From positions 12,400,001-12,464,000 of the forward strand of contig OZ024740.1 of the NCBI GenBank assembly GCA_964016885.1: a DNA stretch of 64,000 nucleotides, written 5' to 3'. The notes under the pieces are model-generated. The model made no database searches. It was not told the origin of the DNA and worked only from the letters and a program-made list of their open reading frames with translations. This stretch comes from Eledone cirrhosa. Its lineage: Eukaryota. Positions 40,501-54,100 of the stretch are shown piece by piece. The position numbers were made by a program, and so were the translations under genes. The stretch's first letter is position 1. Each line of letters begins with the position of its first letter.

Positions 40501-43500
40501 ATGTCTCTAGTCTAATGTCTTGTCTCTAGTCTAATATCTTGTCTCTAGTCTAATGTCTTGTCTCTAGTCTAATGTCTCTAGTCTAATGTCTTGTTTCTAG
40601 TCTAATGTCTCTAGTCTAATGTCTTGTCTCTAGTCTAATATCTTGTCTCTAGTCTAATGTCTCTAGTCTAATGTCTTGTCTCTAGTCTAATGTCTCTAGT
40701 CTAATGTCTTGTGTCTAGTCTAATATCTTGTCTCTAGTCTAATGTCTCTAGTCTAATGTCTTGTCTCTAGTCTAATGTCTTGTCTCTAGTCTAATATCTT
40801 GTCTCTAGTCTAATGTCTCTAGTCTAATGTCTTGTCTCTAGTCTAATGTCTCTAGTCTAATGTCTTGTCTCTAGTCTAATGTCTCTAGTCTAACGTCTTG
40901 TCTCTTGTCTAATATCTCGTCTCTAGTCTAATGTCTCTAGTCTAATGTCTCTAGTCTAATGTCTTGTCTCTAGTCTAATATCTTGTCTCTAGTCTAATGT
41001 CTCTAGTCTATTGTCTTGTCTCTAGTCTAATATCTTGTCTCTAGTCTAATGTCTTGTCTCTAGTCTAATATCTTGTCTCTAGTCTAATGTCTTGTCTCTA
41101 GTCTAATGTCTCTAGTCTAATGTCTTGTCTCTAGTCTAATGTCTTGTCTCTAGTCTAATGTCTTGTCTCTAGTCTAATGTCTCTAGTCTAATGTCTTGTC
41201 TCTAGTCTAATGACTTGTCTCTAGTCTAATATCTTGTCTCTAGTCTAATGTCTTGTCTCTAGTCTAATGTCTCTAGTCTAATGTCTGGTCTCTAGTCTAA
41301 TATCTTGTCTCTAGTCTAATGAATTGTATCTAGTCTAATGTCTCTAGTCTAATGTCTTGTCTCTAGTCTAATGTCTCTAGTCTAATGTCTTGTCTCTAGT
41401 CTAATGCCTGGTCTCTAGTCTAATGTCTCTAGTCTAATGTTTCTAGTCTAATGTCTTGTTTCTAGTCTAATGTCTCTAGTCTAATGTCTTGTCTCTAGTC
41501 TAATATCTTGTCTCTAGTCTAATGTCTTGTCTCTAGTCTAATGTCTCTAGTGTAATGTCTTGTCTCTAGTCTAATGTCTTGTCTCTAGCCTAATGTCTTG
41601 TCTCTAGTCTAATGTCTCTAGTCTAATGTCTTGTCTCTAGTCTAATATCTTGTCTCTAGTCTAATGTCTTGTCTCTAGTCTAATGTCTTGTCTCTAGTCT
41701 AATGTCTCTAGTCTAATGTCTTGTTTCTAGTCTAATGTCTCTAGTCTAATGTCTTGTCTCTAGTCTAATATCTTGTCTCTAGTCTAATGTCTTGTCTCTA
41801 GTCTAATGTCTCTAGTCTAATGTCTTGTTTCTAGTCTAATGTCTCTAGTCTAACGTCTTGTCTCTAGTCTAATATCTTGTCTCTAGTCTAATGTCTCTAG
41901 TCTAATGTCTTGTCTCTAGTCTAATGTCTCTAGTCTAATGTCTTGTCTCTAGTCTAATATCTTGTCTCTAGTCTAATGTCTCTAGTCTAATGTCTTGTCT
42001 CTAGTCTAATGTCTCTAGTCTAATGTCTTGTCTCTAGTCTAATATCTTGTCTCTAGTCTAATGTCTCTAGTCTAATGTCTTGTCTCTAGTCTAATGTCTC
42101 TACTCTAATGTCTTGTCTCTAGTCTAATGTCTCTAGTCTAACGTCTTGTCTCTAGTCTAATATCTCGTCTCTAGTCTAATGTCTCTAGTCTAATGTCTTG
42201 TCTCTAGTCTAATATCTTGTCTCTAGTCTAATGTCTCTAGTCTATTGTCTTGTCTCTAGTCTAATATCTTGTCTCTAGTCTAATGTCTCTAGTCTAATGT
42301 CTTGTCTCTAGTCTAATGTCTTGTTTCTAGTCTAATGTCTCTAGTCTAATGTCTTGTCTCTAGTCTAACGTCTTGTCTCTAGTCTAATGTCTCTAGTGTA
42401 ATGTCTTGTCTCTAGTCTAATGTCTTGTCTCTAATCTAATGTCTTGTCTGTAGTCTAACGTCTCTAGTCTAATGTCTTGTCTCTAGTCTAATATCTTGTC
42501 TCTAGTCTAATGTCTTGTCTCTAGTCTAATGTCTCTAGTCTAATGTCTTGTTTATAATCTAATGTCTCTAGTCTAATGTCTTGTCTCTAGTCTAATATCG
42601 TGTCACTAGTCTAATGTCTCTAGTCTAATGTCTCTAGTCTAATATCTTGTCTCTAGTGTAATGTCTCTAGTCTAATATCTTGTCACTAGTCTAATGTATC
42701 TAGTCTAATGTCTTGTCTCTAGTCTAATGTCTTGTCTCTAGTCTAATGTCTCTAGTCTAATGTCTTGTCTCTAGTCTAATATCTTGTCTCTAGTCTAATG
42801 TCTCTAGTCTAATGTCTTGTCTCTAGTCTAATGTCTCTAGTCTAATGTCTCTAGTCTAATGTCTTGTCTCTAGTCTAATGTCTTGTCTCTAGTCTAATGT
42901 CTCTAGTCTAATATCTTGTCTCTAGTCTAATGTCTCTAGTCTAATGTTTTGTCTCTAGTCTAATGTCTCTAGTCTAATGTCTTGTCTCTAGTCTAATGTC
43001 TCTAGTCTAACGTCTTGTCTCTAGTCTAATATCTCGTCTCTAGTCTAATGTCTCTAGTCTAATGTCTTGTCTCTAGTCTAATATCTTGTCTCTAGTCTAA
43101 TGTCTCTAGTCTAATGTCTTGTCTCTAGTCTAATATCTTGTCTCTAGTCTAATGTCTCTAGTCTAATGTCTTGTCTCTAGTCTAATGTCTTGTCTCTAGT
43201 CTATGTCTCAAGTGTAATGTCTTGTCTCTAGTCTAATGTCTTGTCTCTAATCTAATGTCTTGTCTCTAGTCTAATGTCTCTAGTCTAATGTCTTGTCTCT
43301 AGCCTAATATCTTGTCTCTAGTCTAAAGTCTTGTCTCTAGTCTAATGTCTTGTCTCTAGTCTAATGTCTCTAGTCTAATGTCTTGTTTCTAGTCTAATGT
43401 CTCTAGTCTAATGTCTTGTCTCTAGTCTAATATCTTGTCTCTAATCTAATGTCTTGTCTCTAGTCTAATGTCTTGTCTCTAGTCTAATGTCTTGTCTCTA

Positions 43501-46500
43501 GTCGAATGTCTCTAGTCTAATGTCTTGTCTCTAGTCTAATGTCTGGTCTCTAGTCTAATGTCTCTAGTCTAATGTTTCTAGTCTAATGTCTTGTTTCTAG
43601 TCTAATGTCTCTAGTCTAATGTCTTGTCTCTAGTCTAATATCTTGTCTCTAGTCTAATGTCTTGTCTCTAGTCTAATGTCTCTAGTGTAATGTCTTGTCT
43701 CTAGTCTAATGTCTTGTCTCTAGTCTAATGTCTTGTGTCTAGTCTAATGTCTCTAGTCTAATGTCTTGTCTCTAGTCTAATGTCTTGTCTCTAGTCTAAT
43801 GTCTTGTCTCTAGTCTAATGTCTCTAGTCTAATGTCTTGTTTCTAGTCTAATGTCTCTAGTCTAATGTCTTGTCTCTAGTCTAATATCTTGTCTCTAGTC
43901 TAATGTCTTGTCTCTAGTCTAATGTCTCTAGTCTAATGTCTTGTTTCTAGTCTAATGTCTCTAGTCTAATGTCTTGTCTCTAGTCTAATATCTTGTCTCT
44001 AGTCTAATGTCTCTAGTCTAATGTCTTGTCTCTAGTCTAATGTCTCTAGTCTAATGTCTTGTCTCTAGTCTAATATCTTGTCTCTAGTCTAATGTCTCTA
44101 GTCTAATGTCTTGTCTCTAGTCTAATGTCTCTAGTCAAATGTCTTGTCTCTAGTCTAATATCTTGTCTCTAGTCTAATGTCTCTAGTCTAATGTCTTGTC
44201 TCTAGTCTAATATCTTGTCTCTAGTCTAATGTCTCTAGTCTATTGTCTTGTCTCTAGTCTAATATCTTGTCTCTAGTCTAATGTCTTGTCTCTAGTCTAA
44301 TATCTTGTCTCTAGTCTAATGTCTTGTCTCTAGTCTAATGTCTCTAGTCTGATGTCTTGTCTCTAGTCTAATGTCTTGTCTCTAGTCTAATGTCTCTAGT
44401 CTAATGTCTTGTCTCTAGTCTAATGACTTGTCTCTAGTCTAATATCTTGTCTCTAGTCTAACGTCTTGTCTCTAGTCTAATGTCTCTAGTCTAATGTCTG
44501 GTCTCTAGTCTAATATCTTGTCTCTAGTCTAATGAATTGTATCTAGTCTAATGTCTCTAGTCTAATGTCTTGTCTCTAGTCTAATGTCTCTAGTGTAATG
44601 TCTCTAGTCTAATGTCTTGTCTCTAGTCTAATGCCTGGTCTCTAGTCTAATGTCTCTAGTCTAATGTTTCTAGTCTAATGTCTTGTTTCTAGTCTAATGT
44701 CTCCAGTCTAATGTCTTGTCTCTAGTCTAATATCTTGTCTCTAGTCTAATGTCTTGTCTCTAGTCTAATGTCTCTAGTGTAATGTCTTGTCTCTAGTCTA
44801 ATGTCTTGTCTCTAGTCTAATGTCTTGTCTCTAGTCTAATGTCTCTAGTCTAATGTCTTGTCTCTAGTCTAATATCTTGTCTCTAGTCTAATGTCTTGTC
44901 TCTAGTCTAATGTCTTGTCTCTAGTCTAATGTCTCTAGTCTAATGTCTTGTTTCTAGTCTAATGTCTCTAGTCTAATGTCTTGTCTCTAGTCTAATATCT
45001 TGTCTCTAGTCTAATGTCTTGTCTCTAGTCTAATGTCCCTAGTCTAATGTCTTGTTTCTAGTCTAATGTCTCTAGTCTAACGTCTTGTCTCTAGTCTAAT
45101 ATCTTGTCTCTAGTCTAATGTCTCTAGTCTAATGTCTTGTCTCTAGTCTAATGTCTCTAGTCTAATGTCTTGTCTCTAGTCTAATATCTTGTCTCTAGTC
45201 TAATGTCTCTAGTCTAATGTCTTGTCTCTAGTCAAATGTCTCTAGTCTAATGTCTTGTCTCTAGTCTAATATCTTGTCTCTAGTCTAATGTCTCTAGTCT
45301 AATGTCTTATCTCTAGTCTAATGTCTCTACTCTAATGTCTTGTCTCTAGTCTAATGTCTCTAGTCTAACGTCTTGTCTCTAGTCTAATATCTCGTCTCTA
45401 GTCTAATGTCTCTAGTCTAATGTCTCTAGTCTAATGTCTTGTCTCTAGTCTAATATCTTGTCTCTAGTCTAATGTCTCTAGTCTATTGTCTTGTCTCTAG
45501 TCTAATATCTTGTCTCTAGTCTAATGTCTCTAGTCTAATGTCTTGTCTCTAGTCTAATGTCTTGTTTCTAGTCTAATGTCTCTAGTCTAATGTCTTGTCT
45601 CTAGTCTAACGTCTTGTCTCTAGTCTAATGTCTCTAGTGTAATGTCTTGTCTCTAGTCTAATGTCTTGTCTCTAATCTAATGTCTTGTCTGTAGTCTAAC
45701 GTCTCTAGTCTAATGTCTTGTCTCTAGTCTAATATCTTGTCTCTAGTCTAATGTCTTGTCTCTAGTCTAATGTCTCTAGTCTAATGTCTTGTTTATAATC
45801 TAATGTCTCTAGTCTAATGTCTTGTCTCTAGTCTAATATCGTGTCACTAGTCTAATGTCTCTAGTCTAATGTCTCTAGTCTAATATCTTGTCTCTAGTGT
45901 AATGTCTCTAGTCTAATATCTTGTCACTAGTCTAATGTATCTAGTCTAATGTCTTGTCTCTAGTCTAATGTCTTGTCTCTAGTCTAATGTCTCTAGTCTA
46001 ATGTCTTGTCTCTAGTCTAATATCTTGTCTCTAGTCTAATGTCTCTAGTCTAATGTCTTGTCTCTAGTCTAATGTCTCTAGTCTAATGTCTCTAGTCTAA
46101 TGTCTTGTCTCTAGTCTAATGTCTTGTCTCTAGTCTAACGTCTCTAGTCTAATATCTTGTCTCTAGTCTAATGTCTCTAGTCTAATGTTTTGTCTCTAGT
46201 CTAATGTCTCTAGTCTAATGTCTTGTCTCTAGTCTAATGTCTCTAGTCTAACGTCTTGTCTCTAGTCTAATATCTCGTCTCTAGTCTAATGTCTCTAGTC
46301 TAATGTCTTGTCTCTAGTCTAATATCTTGTCTCTAGTCTAATGTCTCTAGTCTAATGTCTTGTCTCTAGTCTAATATCTTGTCTCTAGTCTAATGTCTCT
46401 AGTCTAATGTCTTGTCTCTAGTCTAATGTCTTGTCTCTAGTCTATGTCTCAAGTGTAATGTCTTGTCTCTAGTCTAATGTCTTGTCTCTAATCTAATGTC

Positions 46501-48100
46501 TTGTCTCTAGTCTAATGTCTCTAGTCTAATGTCTTGTCTCTAGCCTAATATCTTGTCTCTAGTCTAATGTCTTGTCTCTAGTCTAATGTCTTGTCTCTAG
46601 TCTAATGTCTCTAGTCTAATGTCTTGTTTCTAGTCTAATGTCTCTAGTCTAATGTCTTGTCTCTAGTCTAATATCTTGTCTCTAATCTAATGTCTTGTCT
46701 CTAGTCTAATGTCTTGTCTCTAGTCTAATGTCTTGTCTCTAGTCTAATGTCTCTAGTCTAATGTCTTGTCTCTAGTCTAATGTCTGGTCTCTAGTCTAAT
46801 GTCTCTAGTCTAATGTTTCTAGTCTAATGTCTTGTTTCTAGTCTAATGTCTCTAGTCTAATGTCTTGTCTCTAGTCTAATATCTTGTCTCTAGTCTAATG
46901 TCTTGTCTCTAGTCTAATGTCTCTAGTGTAATGTCTTGTCTCTAGTCTAATGTCTTGTCTCTAGTCTAATGTCTTGTGTCTAGTCTAATGTCTCTAGTCT
47001 AATGTCTTGTCTCTAGTCTAATATCTTGTCTCTAGTCTAATGTCTTGTCTCTAGTCTAATGTCTTGTCTCTAGTCTCATGTCTCTAGTCTAATGTCTTGT
47101 TTCTAGTCTAATGTCTCTAGTCTAATGTCTTGTCTCTAGTCTAATATCTTGTCTCTAGTCTAATGTCTTGTCTCTAGTCTAATGTCTCTAGTCTAATGTC
47201 TTGTTTCTAGTCTAATGTCTCTAGTCTAATGTCTTGTCTCTAGTCTAATATCTTGTCTCTAGTCTAATGTCTCTAGTCTAATGTCTTGTCTCTAGTCTAA
47301 TGTCTCTAGTCTAATGTCTTGTCTCTAGTCTAATATCTTGTCTCTAGTCTAATGTCTCTAGTCTAATGTCTTGTCTCTAGTCTAATGTCTCTAGTCTAAT
47401 GTCTTGTCTCTAGTCTAATATCTTGTCTCTAGTCTAATGTCTCTAGTCTAATGTCTTGTCTCTAGTCTAATGTCTCTAGTCTAATGTCTTGTCTCTAGTC
47501 TAATGTCTCTAGTCTAACGTCTTGTCTCTAGTCTAATATCTCGTCTCTAGTCTAATGTCTCTAGTCTAATGTCTCTAGTCTAATGTCTTGTCTCTAGTCT
47601 AATATCTTGTCTCTAGTCTAATGTCTCTAGTCTATTGTCTTGTCTCTAGTCTAATATCTTGTCTCTAGTCTAATGTCTTGTCTCTAGTCTAATATCTTGT
47701 CTCTAGTCTAATGTCTTGTCTCTAGTCTAATGTCTCTAGTCTAATGTCTTGTCTCTAGTCTAATGTCTTGTCTCTAGTCTAATGTCTCTAGTCTAATGTC
47801 TTGTCTCTAGTCTAATGACTTGTCTCTAGTCTAATATCTTGTCTCTAGTCTAATGTCTTGTCTCTAGTCTAATGTCTCTAGTCTAATGTCTGGTCTCTAG
47901 TCTAATATCTTGTCTCTAGTCTAATGAATTGTATCTAGTCTAATGTCTCTAGTCTAATGTCTTGTCTCTAGTCTAATGTCTCTAGTCTAATGTCTCTAGT
48001 CTAATGTCTTGTCTCTAGTCTAATGCCTGGTCTCTAGTCTAATGTCTCTAGTCTAATGTTTCTAGTCTAATGTCTTGTTTCTAGTCTAATGTCTCTAGTC
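22600..48100 (+). repeat. ~12.6-12.9-kb tandem duplication (copy 1 ~22.6-35.2 kb, copy 2 ~35.2-48.1 kb)
   Basis: Collinear rare variants: gtatctag 22879/35506, tgcctt 26131/39008, cttgtcttta 26971/39848, ctagtctgat 27181/40058, cctaat 28721/41589, ctgatg 31471/44349, tagtcaaatg 32351/45229, gaattgtatc 35048/47926. Offsets are 12627 at the start, then 12863-12878. Confidence 0.9.
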
Positions 48101-51100
48101 TAATGTCTTGTCTCTAGTCTAATATCTTGTCTCTAGTCTAATGTCTTGTCTCTAGTCTAATGTCTCTAGTGTAATGTCTTGTCTCTAGTCTAATGTCTTG
48201 TCTCTAGTCTAATGTCTTGTCTCTAGTCTAATGTGTCTAGTCTAATGTCTTGTCTCTAGTCTAATATCTTGTCTCTAGTCTAATGTCTTGTCTCTAGTCT
48301 AATGTCTTGTCTCTAGTCTAATGTCTCTAGTCTAATGTCTTGTTTCTAGTCTAATGTCTCTAGTCTAATGTCTTGTCTCTAGTCTAATATCTTGTCTCTA
48401 GTCTAATGTCTTGTCTCTAGTCTAATGTCTCTAGTCTAATGTCTTGTTTCTAGTCTAATGTCTCTAGTCTAACGTCTTGTCTCTAGTCTAATATCTTGTC
48501 TCTAGTCTAATGTCTCTAGTCTAATGTCTTGTCTCTAGTCTAATGTCTCTAGTCTAATGTCTTGTCTCTAGTCTAATATCTTGTCTCTAGTCTAATGTCT
48601 CTAGTCTAATGTCTTGTCTCTAGTCTAATGTCTCTAGTCTAATGTCTTGTCTCTAGTCTAATATCTTGTCTCTAGTCTAATGTCTCTAGTCTAATGTCTT
48701 GTCTCTAGTCTAATGTCTCTACTCTAATGTCTTGTCTCTAGTCTAATGTCTCTAGTCTAACGTCTTGTCTCTAGTCTAATATCTCGTCTCTAGTCTAATG
48801 TCTCTAGTCTAATGTCTCTAGTCTAATGTCTTGTCTCTAGTCTAATATCTTGTCTCTAGTCTAATGTCTCTAGTCTATTGTCTTGTCTCTAGTCTAATAT
48901 CTTGTCTCTAGTCTAATGTCTCTAGTCTAATGTCTTGTCTCTAGTCTAATGTCTTGTTTCTAGTCTAATGTCTTGTCTGTAGTCTAACGTCTCTAGTCTA
49001 ATGTCTTGTCTCTAGTCTAATATCTTGTCTCTAGTCTAATGTCTTGTCTCTAGTCTAATGTCTCTAGTCTAATGTCTTGTTTATAATCTAATGTCTCTAG
49101 TCTAATGTCTTGTCTCTAGTCTAATGTCTCTAGTCTAATGTCTTGTCTCTAGTCTAACGTCTTGTCTCTAGTCTAATGTCTCTAGTCTAATATCTTGTCT
49201 CTAGTCTAATGTCTCTAGTCTAATATCGTGTCACTAGTCTAATGTCTCTAGTCTAATGTCTCTAGTCTAATATCTTGTCTCTAGTGTAATGTCTCTAGTC
49301 TAATATCTTGTCACTAGTCTAATGTATCTAGTCTAATGTCTTGTCTCTAGTCTAATGTCTTGTCTCTAGTCTAATGTCTCTAGTCTAATGTCTTGTCTCT
49401 AGTCTAATATCTTGTCTCTAGTCTAATGTCTCTAGTCTAATGTCTTGTCTCTAGTCTAATGTCTCTAGTCTAATGTCTTGTCTCTAGTCTAATGTCTTGT
49501 CTCTAGTCTAATGTCTCTAGTCTAATATCTTGTCTCTAGTCTAATGTCTCTAGTCTAATGTTTTGTCTCAAGTCTAATGTCTCTAGTCTAATGTCTTGTC
49601 TCTAGTCTAATGTCTCTAGTCTAACGTCTTGTCTCTAGTCTAATATCTCGTCTCTAGTCTAATGTCTCTAGTCTAATGTCTTGTCTCTAGTCTAATATCT
49701 TGTCTCTAGTCTAATGTCTCTAGTCTAATGTCTTGTCTCTAGTCTAATATCTTGTCTCTAGTCTAATGTCTCTAGTCTAATGTCTTGTCTCTAGTCTAAT
49801 GTCTTGTCTCTAGTCTATGTCTCAAGTGTAATGTCTTGTCTCTAGTCTAATGTCTTGTCTCTAATCTAATGTCTTGTCTCTAGTCTAATGTCTCTAGTCT
49901 AATGTCTTGTCTCTAGCCTAATATCTTGTCTCTAGTCTAATGTCTTGTCTCTAGTCTAATGTCTTGTCTCTAGTCTAATGTCTCTAGTCTAATGTCTTGT
50001 TTCTAGTCTAATGTCTCTAGTCTAATGTCTTGTCTCTAGTCTAATATCTTGTCTCTAATCTAATGTCTTGTCTCTAGTCTAATGTCTCTAGTTTAATGTC
50101 TTGTTTCTAGTCTAATGTCTCTAGTCTAATGTCTTGTCTCTAGTCTAATATCTTGTCTCTAGTCTAATGTCTCTAGTCTAATGTCTTGTTTCTAGTCTAA
50201 TGTCTCTAGTCTAATGTCTTGTCTCTAGTCTAATATCTCTAGTCTAATGTCTTGTCTCTAGTCTAATATCTTGTCTCTAGTCTAATGTCTCTAGTCTAAT
50301 GTCTTGTCTCTAATCTAATGTCTCTAGTCTAATGTCTTGTCTCTAGTCTAATGTCTTGTCTCTAGTCTAATGTCTCTAGTCTAATATCTTGTCTCTAGTC
50401 TAATGTCTCTAGTCTAATGTCTTGTCTCTAGTCTAATGTCTCTAGTCTAACGTCTTGTCTCTAGTCTAATATCTCGTCTCTAGTCTAATGTCTCTAGTCT
50501 AATGTCTTGTCTCTAGTCTAATATCTTGTCTCTAGTCTAATGTCTCTAGTCTATTGTCTTGTCTCTAGTCTAATATCTTGTCTCTAGTCTAATGTCTTGT
50601 CTCTAGTCTAACGTCTTGTCTCTAGTCTAATGTCTCTAGTCTAATGTCTTGTCTCTAGTCTAACGTCTTGTCTCTAGTCTAATGTCTCTAGTGTAATGTC
50701 TTGTCTCTAGTCTAATGTCTTGTCTCTAATCTAATGTCTTGTCACTAGTGTAATGTCTCTAGTCTAATGTCTTGTCTCTAGTCTAATATCTTGTCTCTAG
50801 TCTAATGTCTTGTCTCTAGTCTAATGTCTCTAGTCTAATGTCTTGTTCCTAGTCTAATGTCTCTAGTCTATTGTCTTGTCTCTAGTCTAATATCTTGTCT
50901 CTAGTCTAATGTCTCTAGTGTAATGTCTTGTCTCTAGTCTAACGTCTGGTCTCTAGTCTAATGTCTCTAGTCTAATATCTTGTCTCTAGTCTAATGTCTC
51001 TAGTCTAATATCTTGTCTCTAGTCTAATGTCTCTAGTCTAATATCTTGTCTCTAGTCTAACGTCTTGTCTCCAGTCTAATGTCTCTATTCTAATATCTTG

Positions 51101-54100
51101 TCACTAGTCTAATGTCTCTAGTCTAATGTCTTGTCTCTAGTCTAACGTCTTGTCTCTAGTCTAATGTCTCTAGTGTAATGTCTTGTCTCTAGTCTAACGT
51201 CTGGTCTCTAGTCTAATGTCTCTAGTCTAATATCTTGTCTCTAGTCTAATGTCTCTAGTCTAATATCTTGTCTCTAGTCTAATGTCTCTAGTCTAATATC
51301 TTGTCTCTAGTCTAACGTCTTTTCTCCAGTCTAATGTCTCTATTCTAATATCTTGTCACTAGTCTAATGTCTCTAGTCTAATGTCTTGTCTCTAGTCTAA
51401 TGTCTCTAGTCTAATGTCTTGTCTCTAGTCTAATATCTTGTCTCTAGTCTAATGTCTTGTCTCTAGTCTAATGTCTCTAGTCTAATGTCTTGTTTCTAGT
51501 CTAATGTCTCTAGTCTAATGTCTTGTCTCTAGTCTAATATCTTGTCTCTAGTCTAATGTCTCTAGTCTAATGTCTTGTCTCTAGTCTAATGTCTCTAGTC
51601 TAATGTCTTGTCTCTAGTCTAATATCTTGTCTCTAGTCTAATGTCTCTAGTCTAATGTCTTGTCTCTAGTCTAATATCTTGTCTCTAGTCTAATGTCTCT
51701 AGTCTAATGTCTTGTCTCTAGTCTAATGTCTCTAGTCTAATGTCTTGTCTCTAGTCTAATATCTTGTCTCTAGTCTAATGTCTCTAGTCTAATGTCTCTA
51801 GTCTAATGTCTTGTCTCTAGTCTAATATCTTGTCTCTAGTCTAATGTCTCTAGTCTAATGTCTCTAGTCTAAAGTCTTGTCTCTAGTCTAATGTCTCTAG
51901 TCTAATGTCTTGTCTCTAGTCTAATATCTTGTCTCTAGTCTAATGTCTCTAGTCTAACGTCTTGTCTCTAGTCTAATGTCTCTAGTCTAATGTCTTGTCT
52001 CTAGTCTAATGTCTTGTCTCTAGTCTAATGTCTCTAGTCTAATATCTTGTCTCTAGTCTAATGTCTCTTGTCTAATGTCTTGTCTCTAGTCTAATGTCTC
52101 TAGTCTAATGTCTTGTCTCTAGTCTAATGTCTCTAGTCTAATGTCTTGTCTCTAGTCTAATATCTTGTCTCTAGTCTAATGTCTCTAGTCTAATGTCTTG
52201 TCTCTAGTCTAATATCTTGTCTCTAGTCTAATGTCTCTAGTCTAATGTCTTGTCTCTAGTCTAATATCTTGTCTCTAGTCTAATGACTCTAGTCTAATGT
52301 CTTGTGTCTAGTCTAATATCTTGTCTCTAGTCTAATGTCTCTAGTCTAATGTCTCGTCTCTAGTCTAACGTCTTGTCTCTAGTCTAATGTCTCCAGTCTA
52401 ATGTCTTGTCTCTAGTCTAATATCTTGTCTCTAGTCTAATGTCTTGTCTCTAGTCTAATGTCTCTAGTGTAATGTCTTGTCTCTAGTCTAATGTCTTGTC
52501 TCTAGTCTAATGTCTTGTCTCTAGTCTAATGTCTCTAGTCTAATGTCTTGTCTCTAGTCTAATATCTTGTCTCTAGTCTAATGTCTTGTCTCTAGTCTAA
52601 TGTCTTGTCTCTAGTCTAATGTCTCTAGTCTAATGTCTTGTTTCTAGTCTAATGTCTCTAGTCTAATGTCTTGTCTCTAGTCTAATATCTTGTCTCTAGT
52701 CTAATGTCTTGTCTCTAGTCTAATGTCCCTAGTCTAATGTCTTGTTTCTAGTCTAATGTCTCTAGTCTAACGTCTTGTCTCTAGTCTAATATCTTGTCTC
52801 TAGTCTAATGTCTCTAGTCTAATGTCTTGTCTCTAGTCTAATGTCTCTAGTCTAATGTCTTGTCTCTAGTCTAATATCTTGTCTCTAGTCTAATGTCTCT
52901 AGTCTAATGTCTTGTCTCTAGTCAAATGTCTCTAGTCTAATGTCTTGTCTCTAGTCTAATATCTTGTCTCTAGTCTAATGTCTCTAGTCTAATGTCTTAT
53001 CTCTAGTCTAATGTCTCTACTCTAATGTCTTGTCTCTAGTCTAATGTCTCTAGTCTAACGTCTTGTCTCTAGTCTAATATCTCGTCTCTAGTCTAATGTC
53101 TCTAGTCTAATGTCTCTAGTCTAATGTCTTGTCTCTAGTCTAATATCTTGTCTCTAGTCTAATGTCTCTAGTCTAATGTCTTGTCTCTAGTCTAATGTCT
53201 TGTTTCTAGTCTAATGTCTCTAGTCTAATGTCTTGTCTCTAGTCTAACGTCTTGTCTCTAGTCTAATGTCTCTAGTGTAATGTCTTGTCTCTAGTCTAAT
53301 GTCTTGTCTCTAATCTAATGTCTTGTCTGTAGTCTAACGTCTCTAGTCTAATGTCTTGTCTCTAGTCTAATATCTTGTCTCTAGTCTAATGTCTTGTCTC
53401 TAGTCTAATGTCTCTAGTCTAATGTCTTGTTTATAATCTAATGTCTCTAGTCTAATGTCTTGTCTCTAGTCTAATATCGTGTCACTAGTCTAATGTCTCT
53501 AGTCTAATGTCTCTAGTCTAATATCTTGTCTCTAGTGTAATGTCTCTAGTCTAATATCTTGTCACTAGTCTAATGTATCTAGTCTAATGTCTTGTCTCTA
53601 GTCTAATGTCTTGTCTCTAGTCTAATGTCTCTAGTCTAATGTCTTGTCTCTAGTCTAATATCTTGTCTCTAGTCTAATGTCTCTAGTCTAATGTCTTGTC
53701 TCTAGTCTAATGTCTCTAGTCTAATGTCTCTAGTCTAATGTCTTGTCTCTAGTCTAATGTCTTGTCTCTAGTCTAACGTCTCTAGTCTAATATCTTGTCT
53801 CTAGTCTAATGTCTCTAGTCTAATGTTTTGTCTCTAGTCTAATGTCTCTAGTCTAATGTCTTGTCTCTAGTCTAATGTCTCTAGTCTAACGTCTTGTCTC
53901 TAGTCTAATATCTCGTCTCTAGTCTAATGTCTCTAGTCTAATGTCTTGTCTCTAGTCTAATATCTTGTCTCTAGTCTAATGTCTCTAGTCTAATGTCTTG
54001 TCTCTAGTCTAATATCTTGTCTCTAGTCTAATGTCTCTAGTCTAATGTCTTGTCTCTAGTCTAATGTCTTGTCTCTAGTCTATGTCTCAAGTGTAATGTC

